A stretch of 64,000 nt of DNA from Chrysomallon squamiferum. Taxonomy: Eukaryota; Animalia; Mollusca. The stretch is from assembly GCA_012295275.1 (NCBI GenBank), contig CM022669.1:17236001-17300000 (forward strand), in the 5' to 3' direction. How positions within the stretch are numbered: position 1 is the stretch's first letter; every line of letters starts with the position of its first letter. Of this stretch, positions 52,769 through 64,000 are shown piece by piece. The notes beneath the pieces are model-generated. The model made no database searches. It was not told the DNA's origin and worked only from the letters and a program-made list of their open reading frames with translations. The position numbers and the translations under genes are program-made.

Positions 52769-55504
52769 CGGTTAATGATGTGCAGGAAAAAAGAAAAATG
52801 GAAAAATATTTTGAGTACAAGGTATGTAAATAATACAAAATTGTAAATATATGAGAAAAATCTATATCCCAAAGCTAAGATAATAGAGGGCAATTTTTTT
52901 TTATTTTTTTTTAGAAGCAGAAAAAGAAAAAAGGAAAAAAAAAGGCTCATTAAAATAGTATTTTAAAATCTGCTTATGAATCTAATAATTATAAACTTTA
53001 ATTTTTTCATTACTTTTTTCTGCTTGTTTGATCATTGTATTTCATGAGTTTATTAACTTTCTTTTCTCATAAATATTATACTATATTTTATTTGAACAGT
53101 TTTAAATTTAATTTTTTATTCAAGGCAAATAAAATAAAATGAAATTATGGATCATTAGGGCTTTCATTCTTATAAAAGTTTCTTGAAATCAAATGTATTT
53201 TTATCATTATTAAAACTGATTTTTTTTTTTTGGATTTTTTATTATTTCACAAAACAAAATAAACAAAGCAGAATTCAGCTTATTTAAAAATCTTTAAAAA
53301 TTATTTTTTTTTTATTTATTTATTCTTCTTATTATAATTATTATTAGTAGTAGCAGTAGTAGTTGTAACAGCAGCAGAAGCAGTAGTAATAACAGTAGTA
53401 TTTTTGTTCTTTCCTCCTAAATGCATTACCTAAAACATATTCCGGTTTATCCCATGGAATCTGACAAATCACAACACAAAAATTAACATAACCAAAATCT
53501 AATAATACCCACATGGTTCATACTCTTTTCAAAATGAATTATCTTTCAACTCTATTTTCAACTTCTTCATCCTTTTTTTTTTTTTTTTTTCACCCCACTT
53601 ACATTCAGACATAAATCTCAAAACTTATATTTAATTTAAATGATTAACAACACTTAACTGAAAAGTGAAAATATTACAGCGGAGAGATGCAATGACAACT
53701 GACATCGTGAAAATACATGGCTACATCCTAGGTATCCAATGAATCGTTTGGCTTAGATAAATCGCCTTATTGCCTAACCTGATGAATTAGAAAGGAAATG
53801 AACTGAAGAGAAGTTTTTACATGTTCATCCATCTCTGAGGGTATCTTAGCACGTACTGGATGCAATCAGCCCTGAAGGTTTCACCTGAATTATTAGTTTA
53901 GTGTCTACAAAGCCGTGTTGTCATTTGTAATTTTACATACTGTCACCGACTTTAAATTCTGTTAGTGCATGTACTTGATGCATGTGAATTATGTATTATT
54001 ATTATTATTAGTTTTTATGAATTCAATTTTATTTATGTATTTATTTAACTAAGCTTTTCTTATTCCTTTTTTTTTTTTTAATGTTAATGTCGCTTATCTA
54101 AAACAATGTTTTGCTCTTCTTCCTTTTTTAAAATTCTTTTTAAAAATAAATAAATAAATAAATAAATAAGTCTATATATATACAAATTTAAAAATGAGAA
54201 AAAAAAAAAATCAAAAGAAAATAATCTGGTTTTTGGCCATAAAACAAACAAAAAATAAATTAAAAGTAATTTATAAAATCAAAACAAACTCTCCCCCCAA
54301 TTTTGTTGGATCACAATTGAATTAAAAGTTTCAAATAATCTTTATGATTAATTACAAACACACACACACACACACACACTCTCACACACACAGAGGGTGA
54401 TATACAACAAAACCTGTTTATTTAGATATTTTATTAAAAATATATTCCTTATTAATAGCATAATAGAGGTGCCCAAATGGTTCATTTAAAATAATGATAA
54501 TAATATTAAAAAAATAAAACAAGGGAAGAACAGAAATCTGCATCACAAAACCAAAAAAAGGTGACAACTTCAACAAGTAGTGTTTCTCAAACAACCATTC
54601 CATCATCTTCTTGGCTCTAAAAACTGAAATTCCTTAGAACTCTCATCAATAATCTTTTCTTCTTTTCTTTTTTAAATTTAAAAATTAAAAAAAAAAATTA
54701 AGATTACATTAAGGAACAAAATATCAATAAGTTGCCAGATCACAGTAAGTGAAATTGCAATTACAACATTAATTACTTCAGTGAAGCCATTCATGAGAGC
54801 GGAATTAGTCAATAGCTGATTTGAAGACTGAACCAGGACTATTAAGACTGGTCGAGCAAGACCCACTGATCCAGTGGTAAGACAAGCACTCAGGCTTGTA
54901 ACTACTTTTAAGTCCATTAGGAAGTGTGCTTCATCTGACAGTGACATATACAGCGTTTTAACATCGATTACAGAAAGTAAATTTCATGCTGGTATTATAT
55001 TTGTAAACACCAACTAAAAAAAAAAAAAATGGAATCCTTGCTGTAGGATTATGTTACTTGACCATTAGGTATAATCTTTTGAAAATTATTTATTATTAGT
55101 TGCATTTTAACAATGATTTTCTAAGTGATCTTCCAAAAGACTTTATATTACTTATATAAAAATGAAGTCTGAAGTTAAATGAATGCATAGATCAACATAA
55201 TCCTTTCCAGATCTTTTTTGTATTTAATTTGTTATTTATTAATTCTTACCTGGATCAAAATCTATTCCTAATATGTTTTTCTTATTTCTTCTTCTTACTA
55301 TTTAAAACATATACTCGCTCACTTTCTCTCTCTTACTTACACACACACAGACACACACACACACACACACACACACACATTCTGTGTATGTATATGCCTG
55401 TTACTTGTTTTTCTGTGGTTCTCCATGTATTTATCTAAGTGTATTCTTTGCACCTGTTTTCTTTTTGTTCCTCTTTACGAACACCTCATTAATAAATCTA
55501 TATT

Positions 55505-55859
55505 CTACATAATACTGATCAGTTTTTCCCTTTTATTATTATAACCTTTCATCTAATAACAAAAACAGCTAATCTTTATAAGCTGATATTGGATGTGGAA
55601 ATTTATTAATTATGTGTACTCACTCACTCACCTCTTTCTTTCTCTCTCTCTCTCTTTCACTCTTTCATTCTGTTTGTCTTATTCTCTGTCCAACCTTTCT
55701 ACATATTGATCTCTGTCCTCAAAACATAATTAATAAATTTATCCTACATAATACTGGATCAGCTCTTTACTTTTATTATTGTAATGTAACTTTTCTCTAA
55801 CAACAAATGCTGCCAATCCTTATAAGCTGATTCTAGAGGTGGACCTGCCTGTCTGTCTA

Positions 55860-55890
<31 letters not shown>

Positions 55891-56065
55891 CTCTCTCTTT
55901 CGTTAAGTCTCTTTCCTTCATCTTGCTCAAAATATCCTTAATTGTTTTTACACATGAAATTTCCTCTCCAGCTTAATACTGGATCAGCTTTTCTTTTTTT
56001 ATTATTGTAACCTTTCTCTAATAACAAATGCTCCCAGTCTTTATAAGCTGATATTGGAAGTGGAC
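55505..56065. repeat. Three copies (~235-bp period) of a ~95-bp core separated by microsatellite-containing spacers
   Basis: taatactg(g)atcag...ttattatt.taac.tt..ctaa.aacaaa...tataagctgat..tgga at ~55510, 55749 and 55974. Confidence 0.85.
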
Positions 56066-56427
56066 ATGCTCTGTTATAATGTTTTTCTTCCAAATATTTT
56101 TTTTCCCAGCACATCTTAGACATTAGTCAAATAAGTGTTGACTGATTTCACACCAATTACAACATACTGCAGCCACAGCAGCAGCATTGATTTTGACAAC
56201 TGTTTGCAGCAGAGCAGTAGTCAAAGAGGGTACCACTGGGAAAAATAAATGTTTTGTTGTCTTTGACAAAACCTACAATTACCAGTTACACATGGCTTCA
56301 GTATCAGAGAATTATTTGTATTTCATTTCAACCTTACTAAAAGAAAATATATTTAAAAACAATAAAACCAACTATAATTATTGTCAGAGTGACATCTGAT
56401 GGGGAGAAGGTTCTGTTTTTCTCTCTC

Positions 56428-56458
<31 letters not shown>

Positions 56459-59400
56459 GAAAGAGAGAGAGACAAAGAGAGATTGGTCAGAATGTTTTTA
56501 GCATATTTTCTTCCAGTACAAGATTTAATACAGTTTTCCCTTATTTTATTCAAAAATCAAACATTCCAGTTAAAGGCAGTCCTCTGAAAACTACGTCCTA
56601 CTTATCTTCTACTGTCTTAATATGTGCAAATGAATCAACTAATTTGATAAAAGGATCAAGCCAGATTTAAATCAAAAGTTCAGTAAATAACAACTACGAG
56701 TTTACAGAGAAACTCTGGTTATAGCCTTGAAAATGTACTTTTGTTTAGGGAGAAAAAAAAAGGGTTATAGTTTTGATGTCTTAAAATGTTAAAAATAATA
56801 TATAAAAAATAAAAATATGAATATATATATATATAAATAAAATAATAAATAAAAATGAATAAAAATAAATAAAACAGGTACAGTTCCAAGATCTTTAACT
56901 GCTAAAAAGTAAGTTGGTTATTGCCAATAAATCATTCATTATTTAGAAAAGCAACTTAGTTTAGAATGACAGAAAGGTAAAGAGGATGGAAATGAGTTAA
57001 AAAGAAAATGTGATTACTGCCATTAAGTCAATTTGTTTTTAAAAAAACAAATAACATTGATGTGATAACTTATAGCAATGGAATCTCATCATATTAAAAG
57101 AAATGGTGGTCACAGCAATGAAATCCATGACAGGTTAAAAAGTAAGCTAGCTATTAAACAATTTTCAACTTCTTATTTTATTTTATTTTTTTTTTCAATT
57201 GGGAAGTATACTTGTGGCTAAGAACTCCTAATTTAGCAATGAACAGCTTATAAAGACCTACTGCATTTTTAAAAGGAAGAATGCCTGTACCTGTAAAGAG
57301 TATTTCTCAATTTCTGCATCATGTAAGCTTTTTTTCCATGGTAATTTCCAACTGACAAACACATCTTTAAAAGAAGATTTTAAAAGATGAAGACCCACCA
57401 AAAAAAAAAAAAGAGAGACAAGTGATAGTTACTGTTAAATTCAAGGATAAAATTTGTAATTTCAGAAAATGCACTAAAATAAGGGTTCATTTCATCTCTT
57501 GAATATCAGATTTGGATACTGAAGGTAAGAAAACCATGCCTGATTACTTTTACAGCTATCAGTCATTACTGCCATGCACATCTGCAGTGGGCTGTCCTGC
57601 TGAAATAAAGCACAAAAACAGGAAAAAAATGCCAAGACGACTGTCATAAATCTGGAGATAAGAATTTTCAACACATCATCACGCATGAAATGCAGCTAAA
57701 TGCAGCTTTTATTAATTCAAAATCCCAAGCTAATATATTCTGTAGCAGCAGATCCATTTACCGATTCGATTATGGATGAGAATGCTGCAAAAGACAGTGG
57801 TTAATAGACAACACCACAACAGAAACCCAACAAAGAATTTGATGGCTTTGCCACACAGCATTTAAGTAGAGAACCAAGTCCAGATTACAAAAGAAAGGGT
57901 TAAAAGAATTTTTTTTTAAATTATAAAAAGAAAGAAGAGAAAAAGATGCAAGTTTTTATTATTCACAAATGGTCAAAAGAGAGAGAGAAAAGAAAGAAGA
58001 AAGAGAGAAGGGAAAGATTTATATTTTTATTATTGAGAAATGTTCTCTTTCACAATAAACTAATGAATCACTAAAGATGACTACTGTTTCAACTCAAAGC
58101 CATGAAAGTGATTAATGCATTACTTTTAAAGATACAAAGTCCAGATGAAAATAAATGAAAGAGAAGGACAGCAGCAGAGATATACTAACCTTTATTATAT
58201 GTAAATGTTCTGCATGAAGTATTGTCAACATATCATTAAACGTGGCTGGTGAATGTACAGCTTTGTGCATTGTTTAATTCAAGGTTAACTGTGAGAGATA
58301 AAGAAACTGCTTCTTAATTTGTGCACATTTTTAAGAGTAAACAAAAAAGGACATGGTTTTTGATTATGCTATAATTTTTGTGCTGTGGTTTTAATGGTGT
58401 TAAGAATGGCAATTAGGTGGGCAAATAGTAGAGTATAAAAAGACTGTATTTAATTATTTTACTACAGAAACTGAAGGAAAATACCTCATCGGTTTATGGT
58501 CTGAAGGTAAAAAGAAATTAAAACGATGTAATTCAAAACATAATAATAATTCAGAAAAAAAAATTGCTAAAATACAGGATAGTCATATAAATTACTTTTA
58601 CAAAATTTCCTTACATAATGCTAAAAATCAATGATTTTTTTTTTATAATATTAGAAATTAATAAGTTTGGCATGACTTTTTTTAAATTGCATTTTCTTAC
58701 CCTTAACTTTCATTTTATAATATATACGTGCTCAAGAACTGTAACCATTTATTTAATATTCACAAATAACATAATTAATAACAAGAAAAAAATATAAATA
58801 AATAAAAATAATTATTTAATGACTTTGCTTTCTATTTTGCACTCCCAATGACTTCATCAATATATTAATTGTAATTACATCCTGTTTTGTTTCCAGAATC
58901 ATTAATCAAGTTAGGACTACAAAAGAAACACCTAGGTCATCTAGACATGGCAATATTACGGTAACATGTCAGATGTTAGAAATAACAGTGGGTGTGGTTG
59001 GTAAGATGACTCAGTTTGGTTAGAAACTGATATTGATATTTGATCCCACAACTTGGCAACCAACAGGCCAATATCTTAACTGATAAACTGAGTCAATTTT
59101 TTTTTTTTCTTCTTCTTCTTCTTCTTCTTCTGTGTCAGTGTTTATTAGTCTTTTCTGAATATCTTCAAATCAGGATCTGCTACAAAATTATAGGACTTTA
59201 AAACTTCAAATCATCACTCTTAAATGATTCGCAAGTATTTTGTATGCTTGGCCAATCAAGAGAGACATTATCCTTAACATTAGTGTCATTACAGTTGCTT
59301 CCTATAACAAAAAAAATACAAAGACCTGAGAGATGCTTCATTAGATCCAATTGATAGAAAAAAATTACGCTGTATATTTAGTTCATTATCACAGTATTGT

Positions 59401-60771
59401 TCCTAATTCAGCAATGTTAAGGAGATCTGCTTAAACTGACTACAGTTTTATTCAAAACTAGTTGAAAGTATGCTAGTTATTAATTAATTATTGTGTATTA
59501 GTATAAACACAGACTATGTACATAAGTAGAATTATAAAATAGATTTATAAAATGAGAATATCATATAAATTTATTTATTTAATTAATGTTTTGTTTCTTT
59601 TTTCGTCTTCTTCTTTTTAAATTTGTTTGTTTGTTTCTCTAGCTTTTTTATTTTATTTTTGTTTTATTATTAAATTTTTTGTTTTGTTTCTACAATTACT
59701 CCTTTTTCCCTCCTTTTAATTACAGCACAGTTAATTAAATAAATAATTTCATAACATCATCAGTGTCTAAACTGAACATTTTTAACTACAAATATATCAC
59801 TTAACAATGTTTTCCTTTTTATTTTTATTATTTTTTGAAACTAATGTGTATGTAGTATCACAAAATATTATTTTGACAATCATGTTACCAGCTATCCATA
59901 AAAAAAAAAAAAAAAAAAGAATTACACCAAATCACACACACAAAAACAAAATGCACGTGTGTGTGTGTGTGTGTGTGTGTGTTGAAGATAATTTTACCAT
60001 CTACTCATATACCTATATAAGTATTAAAGGTCAAACTGCTTGACCAAAGATTCTGTAGCTGCTTCCCCCAATGCTGTAATTATCTACGATTTCAGATACT
60101 TTTAAGCCTTTGATAAACCAAAACATATCCATCATCATTTATACACCTTGATGTCGCTCACATGGCAAAATCGTTATGGACAAGTGTAAATCCTCACAAT
60201 ACACCACAGTGAGGCTTAGCAGGAGGTGACAAATCAATAATACCATTGTTTTCATTAACGAACAAATTCACAAGAATGTTTTAGAAAAAAAAAAAAATAA
60301 TAATAATAATCCTTGTCCTAATAAATTAACTTACATTAACTACATTAATGTTATTCCATATCATTATGAATTAGTTTATCACTGATGATTATGATGATCA
60401 TGATGATAATTACAATGGTGATGGTCACATTTTAAAAAGAAATGAATAAAAACACTTTAAAATATGTCCTTTAAGATTCTACAATTTTGATTATAAATAA
60501 TAAAATAAATAAATAATGAAATAAAAAGATTCATAAAAATTTGATGCAGCAATCAGTAACACTGGATAATGCACTGTTTGCAACCTTTTTTCTTTGATGA
60601 GTGTATATATATTAACAAAATAAAGAACCCAATAATCAATTTTTTGCGATCATTCTTTCAATAGATGAGAATGAATGAATCAATGAAAGTTTAACAAAAT
60701 ACTTCAAAATATTTCCATTTTTAATTCTTACAGCAGGGAAATTTTATATACTGTTTTATTTATTTTTGTAT

Positions 60772-61105
60772 TGCTCAATGTCAGATGTCAGTGGTGTTAA
60801 ACTTTGTTTTATTTTGTAAATTTATCTTTATATTACTCAATGTCAGATGTCAAGTCATGTTAAACTTTGTTTTATTTGGAAACATTTATCTTGGTATTAC
60901 TCACTGTCAGATGTCTTTAATGTTAAACACTGTTTTATTTTTGAAACCCTAATTTTAAACCACTGTTTGTCAGTCATAATAAAGATAATTATTTTGTAAA
61001 TACATTTTTATAACACAGGCTGTCAGATGTCAGACATGTCAAACTTTGTTGTATTTTGTAAATACATTTTTACACTACCCATATCAGGTTTTAGTCAGGT
61101 TAAAC
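60772..61105. repeat. Degenerate ~60-bp tandem array (~5-6 copies; core TGTCAGATGTC...GTTAAACTTTGTTT)
   Basis: tgtcagatgtc at ~60779, 60841, 60905 and 61021. Confidence 0.85.
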
Positions 61106-62282
61106 AGCACTGTTTTTGTTTGGGGTTTTATTTTTCTATTTTTTTTTTATTTTAGTATGAGAGAGAACTGACACTAGAATAATAAACAAGAGAACACACA
61201 AGCCACAGACTTTTGGTAAATCAATCACCAAGTATACTGAAGAAAAAAACAAAATTGTGGCCAAATGCTTTTCATATATTTACCAATACTATTTTTAGTG
61301 CAGGCAGTTCTGTATAACTGAAAAATAGCGTTAATCATTAATCCATGTATATACAGAAAAGAAAGAAACAGAAAAAAAAAATAAAAAATGAAAATGAAAA
61401 GAAAGATATTAAAGAAATAGGTATATAAAAATTATGGCTCATGTTACATTTTGGTCTAGACACTGAAAATTTATAAACTACTACATAAAACAGAAGCACT
61501 AGGGCTGGAGGGAAGCTGACCTAGTCTGCTGCTGACCAGTGGTCATTCTGATATCATCTGTTACAACTCTCAGGAGATATTACACATTGTCTATAGAGAT
61601 ATTACTTTTGGTGCAAATTTCTTCTAGTAATAAATATTCAATTACGATGGCCAAAACAGACATTACTGAATTTTCATACATTCAAAGTAGATAGTGGGTT
61701 ATACAAACTGTGTCATTTATGATATAATAACTCTAATTGAAGTAAATAATAATAATAATAATGATGATAATAAAAGTAATACTAAACTGATAAATAAATA
61801 AAGAAAAGAAAAGAATAAAAACTAATACAAAGAAATTATATAACACTGAATAATAACAGATAATTAAAAATAAATTGTTAAATAAAATTAAATTAATAAT
61901 TTGAAAACCCATTTATACATTTTTCATTATTTACAGGTTGCCATATGAACAATTTGTTATCAGGGACCATACAATGACATGAAGTGTTTTTTGTTTGCCA
62001 GTTACCATAAATAAATAAATATTGTTTATGCACCGTTAAACAAGAACAAATGATGCAATACAAAAAAAACATAACAGCATGGTAGATTCAGCCTGCAGAA
62101 CAAGAACAACCATTAAATATCATTCGTAAACATTAAGTGATTATCAAATACCTCTTGGAAGATAATTGTAAGCAACTGAAAAACACAAGTCCTAAGGGTC
62201 AATGAACTTGATGACAACATAATTTAAGTGAATAATATAAAATAATGAGATAAAATAATGTTACACAAATAATTTCATACAC

Positions 62283-62317
<35 letters not shown>

Positions 62318-62583
62318 AACTAGGCTCTGTTTTGCAGACTGTACGTTGCTTGCTTTGTTATTATTCAGAATTTACATTTGATTCAGATTATCAGATATTT
62401 AAAAAAAAGAAGAAAAAAAAGTGAAGATGATGATCAAGGTTGCTCTTGCTGTTGTCATTACTGTGTATGTGTGTATTTGTGTGTATACATACATACATAC
62501 ATAAATACATGTATGTATGTATATATATATATGTATGTATGGGTGTGTATATGTATATATATATACATACATGTATGTGTGTG

Positions 62584-62625
<42 letters not shown>

Positions 62626-63632
62626 TAGATACATACATACAGACAGATAGATAAACAGAATTATGATAATCATTATCATCATTAATATTTTCAAATTTAG
62701 AAACTTCAGTGAACTTTGTATTCTTTTATGAAATGCCTGCATCATACCAAAAATAAAATAAAATAAATATATAAAACACGCAAAAATCAAACTGTTTTTC
62801 TAACATAGGTGGAAAAATCTTTAGTTACAAGACTGAAATGAAATTTCTATTTGCTAAACAAACTCACAAAATGTTTGCATATCCACAATCAAATTATCAG
62901 TACACAACTTTTCTAAAAATTGCAGAACCACCATCAAATTTAGCTGATAATTATTTACAGAGATGTGCAAGGACAAGGTTGTGTGTCTTTGGTTAAGAAA
63001 TCATACCTGATGTCTGAATGGCTATGGGATCAATCTTCTACAGTGGATCCTTTGGATTATTTATTTTTTTATGATTATTTTATCAAAGGCCATAGTAATT
63101 GTTTATGTATCTATGGAAAGATGTACACATCAAATTCTGGTTACTTAACACAAGTGAATCATTGAATATAATAATTTTGTGTCTGTTGAAAGACGTACAC
63201 AACCAATTTTAGTTACTTATTCAATATGAATAGACAAAAAGATGACAGTGACAAGTTTTCTGTCTCATGCAAGAAATATATAAAAAGACATGTCTTACAC
63301 CTAAAACTTGTTAATAATAAAATAAACTCAAGTGTTAATAAACAAATATTTATTAAAAAAAAAGCTTTGAAAAAAAATAATTGATAAATTTATTAAATAT
63401 ATGAAGAGAAGTCTTTTTACATAATAACAAATACTTTTGTTTATGAGTTTTAATCTTAAATATGTTTGTGATATTAAACTGTTGCTATGTTTACTGTTAA
63501 TGAAAAAATATATATACTATTCATTTTAAAAATAGGAGTTTGTTATATATTCAATTAAGTAAAATACAAAAGAAATATATGTATATATACAAATAAAGAC
63601 ATCCCACCCTAAAAAACATGATAAAAAGTTAC

Positions 63633-63669
<37 letters not shown>

Positions 63670-64000
63670 TAAAATAAGTCTTTTTACATCCATGCTGGCT
63701 GGGATAGGATGAAAAATAACAGGATAACATTTAAGACAACACTTCAGATATTCCAGATCAGACAAAGATTTATAAAGCAAACATTCATAGAGGCAGAAAA
63801 TCAAATATTTGTCAAAACCAGTCACCTCTGATACAACTCGAACCCTGATCCCCTGCATGAGTTCTCAAGACCAATCTTCAATCTCAAAAACAACTCTTTT
63901 TTTTTTTGGTTGTTTGTTATTACTTTAATTAAAATTTAAAACTTTTAATCTTCCGATCATCACCGGGCACCACATCACTGAAGTGATTCTTAGACTTACA

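Noticed and set aside
50195-55010. Higher-complexity intronic islands (50195-50530, 52300-52500, 54720-55010) as extra Mint exons or transposons
   Set aside because: No PTB-like translation, terminal repeats or transposase similarity recognisable. They could be conserved non-coding elements, but this cannot be supported here.
55240-55260. Minus-strand CAG|GTAAGA as a recursive splice site in the long Mint intron
   Set aside because: The upstream sequence is purine-rich with no polypyrimidine tract.
63830-63890. GGTTCGAG B-box-like motif on the minus strand as a tRNA
   Set aside because: No cloverleaf or A-box; at most a SINE relic.

Overview
AT-rich, microsatellite-dense animal genomic DNA, probably a gastropod mollusc (inferred from composition and SINE relics). 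Most entries in the ORF track are low-complexity artefacts; the real genes are spliced. (1) Minus strand, 1-14 kb: the 5' end of an unidentified gene, with a coding exon at 92-186 and candidate leader or first exons at 1399-1436, ~4552-4860 and ~13845-13930. (2) Plus strand, ~15.76-29.13 kb plus 3' UTR: a 7-coding-exon, ~480-aa class I Rab11-FIP-like gene (N-terminal C2 domain, C-terminal coiled coil and FIP Rab11-binding domain). It carries an unexpected internal IPT/TIG domain closely resembling the Ral-binding domain of exocyst Sec5/EXOC2. The model needs a 1-nt frame correction near 26915-26926. (3) Minus strand, 40840-49088: the last five coding exons of the Mint/X11/LIN-10 (APBA) gene (end of PTB, PDZ1, PDZ2), convergent with the FIP gene and preceded by an intron of >14.9 kb. 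The best candidate novelty is the C2 + Sec5-like IPT + Rab11-RBD protein, a possible Ral-Rab11 bridging effector. Also notable are minisatellites built from splice donors in the Mint gene, candidate poison microexons, uORF-rich leaders and a sharp CpG-content boundary.
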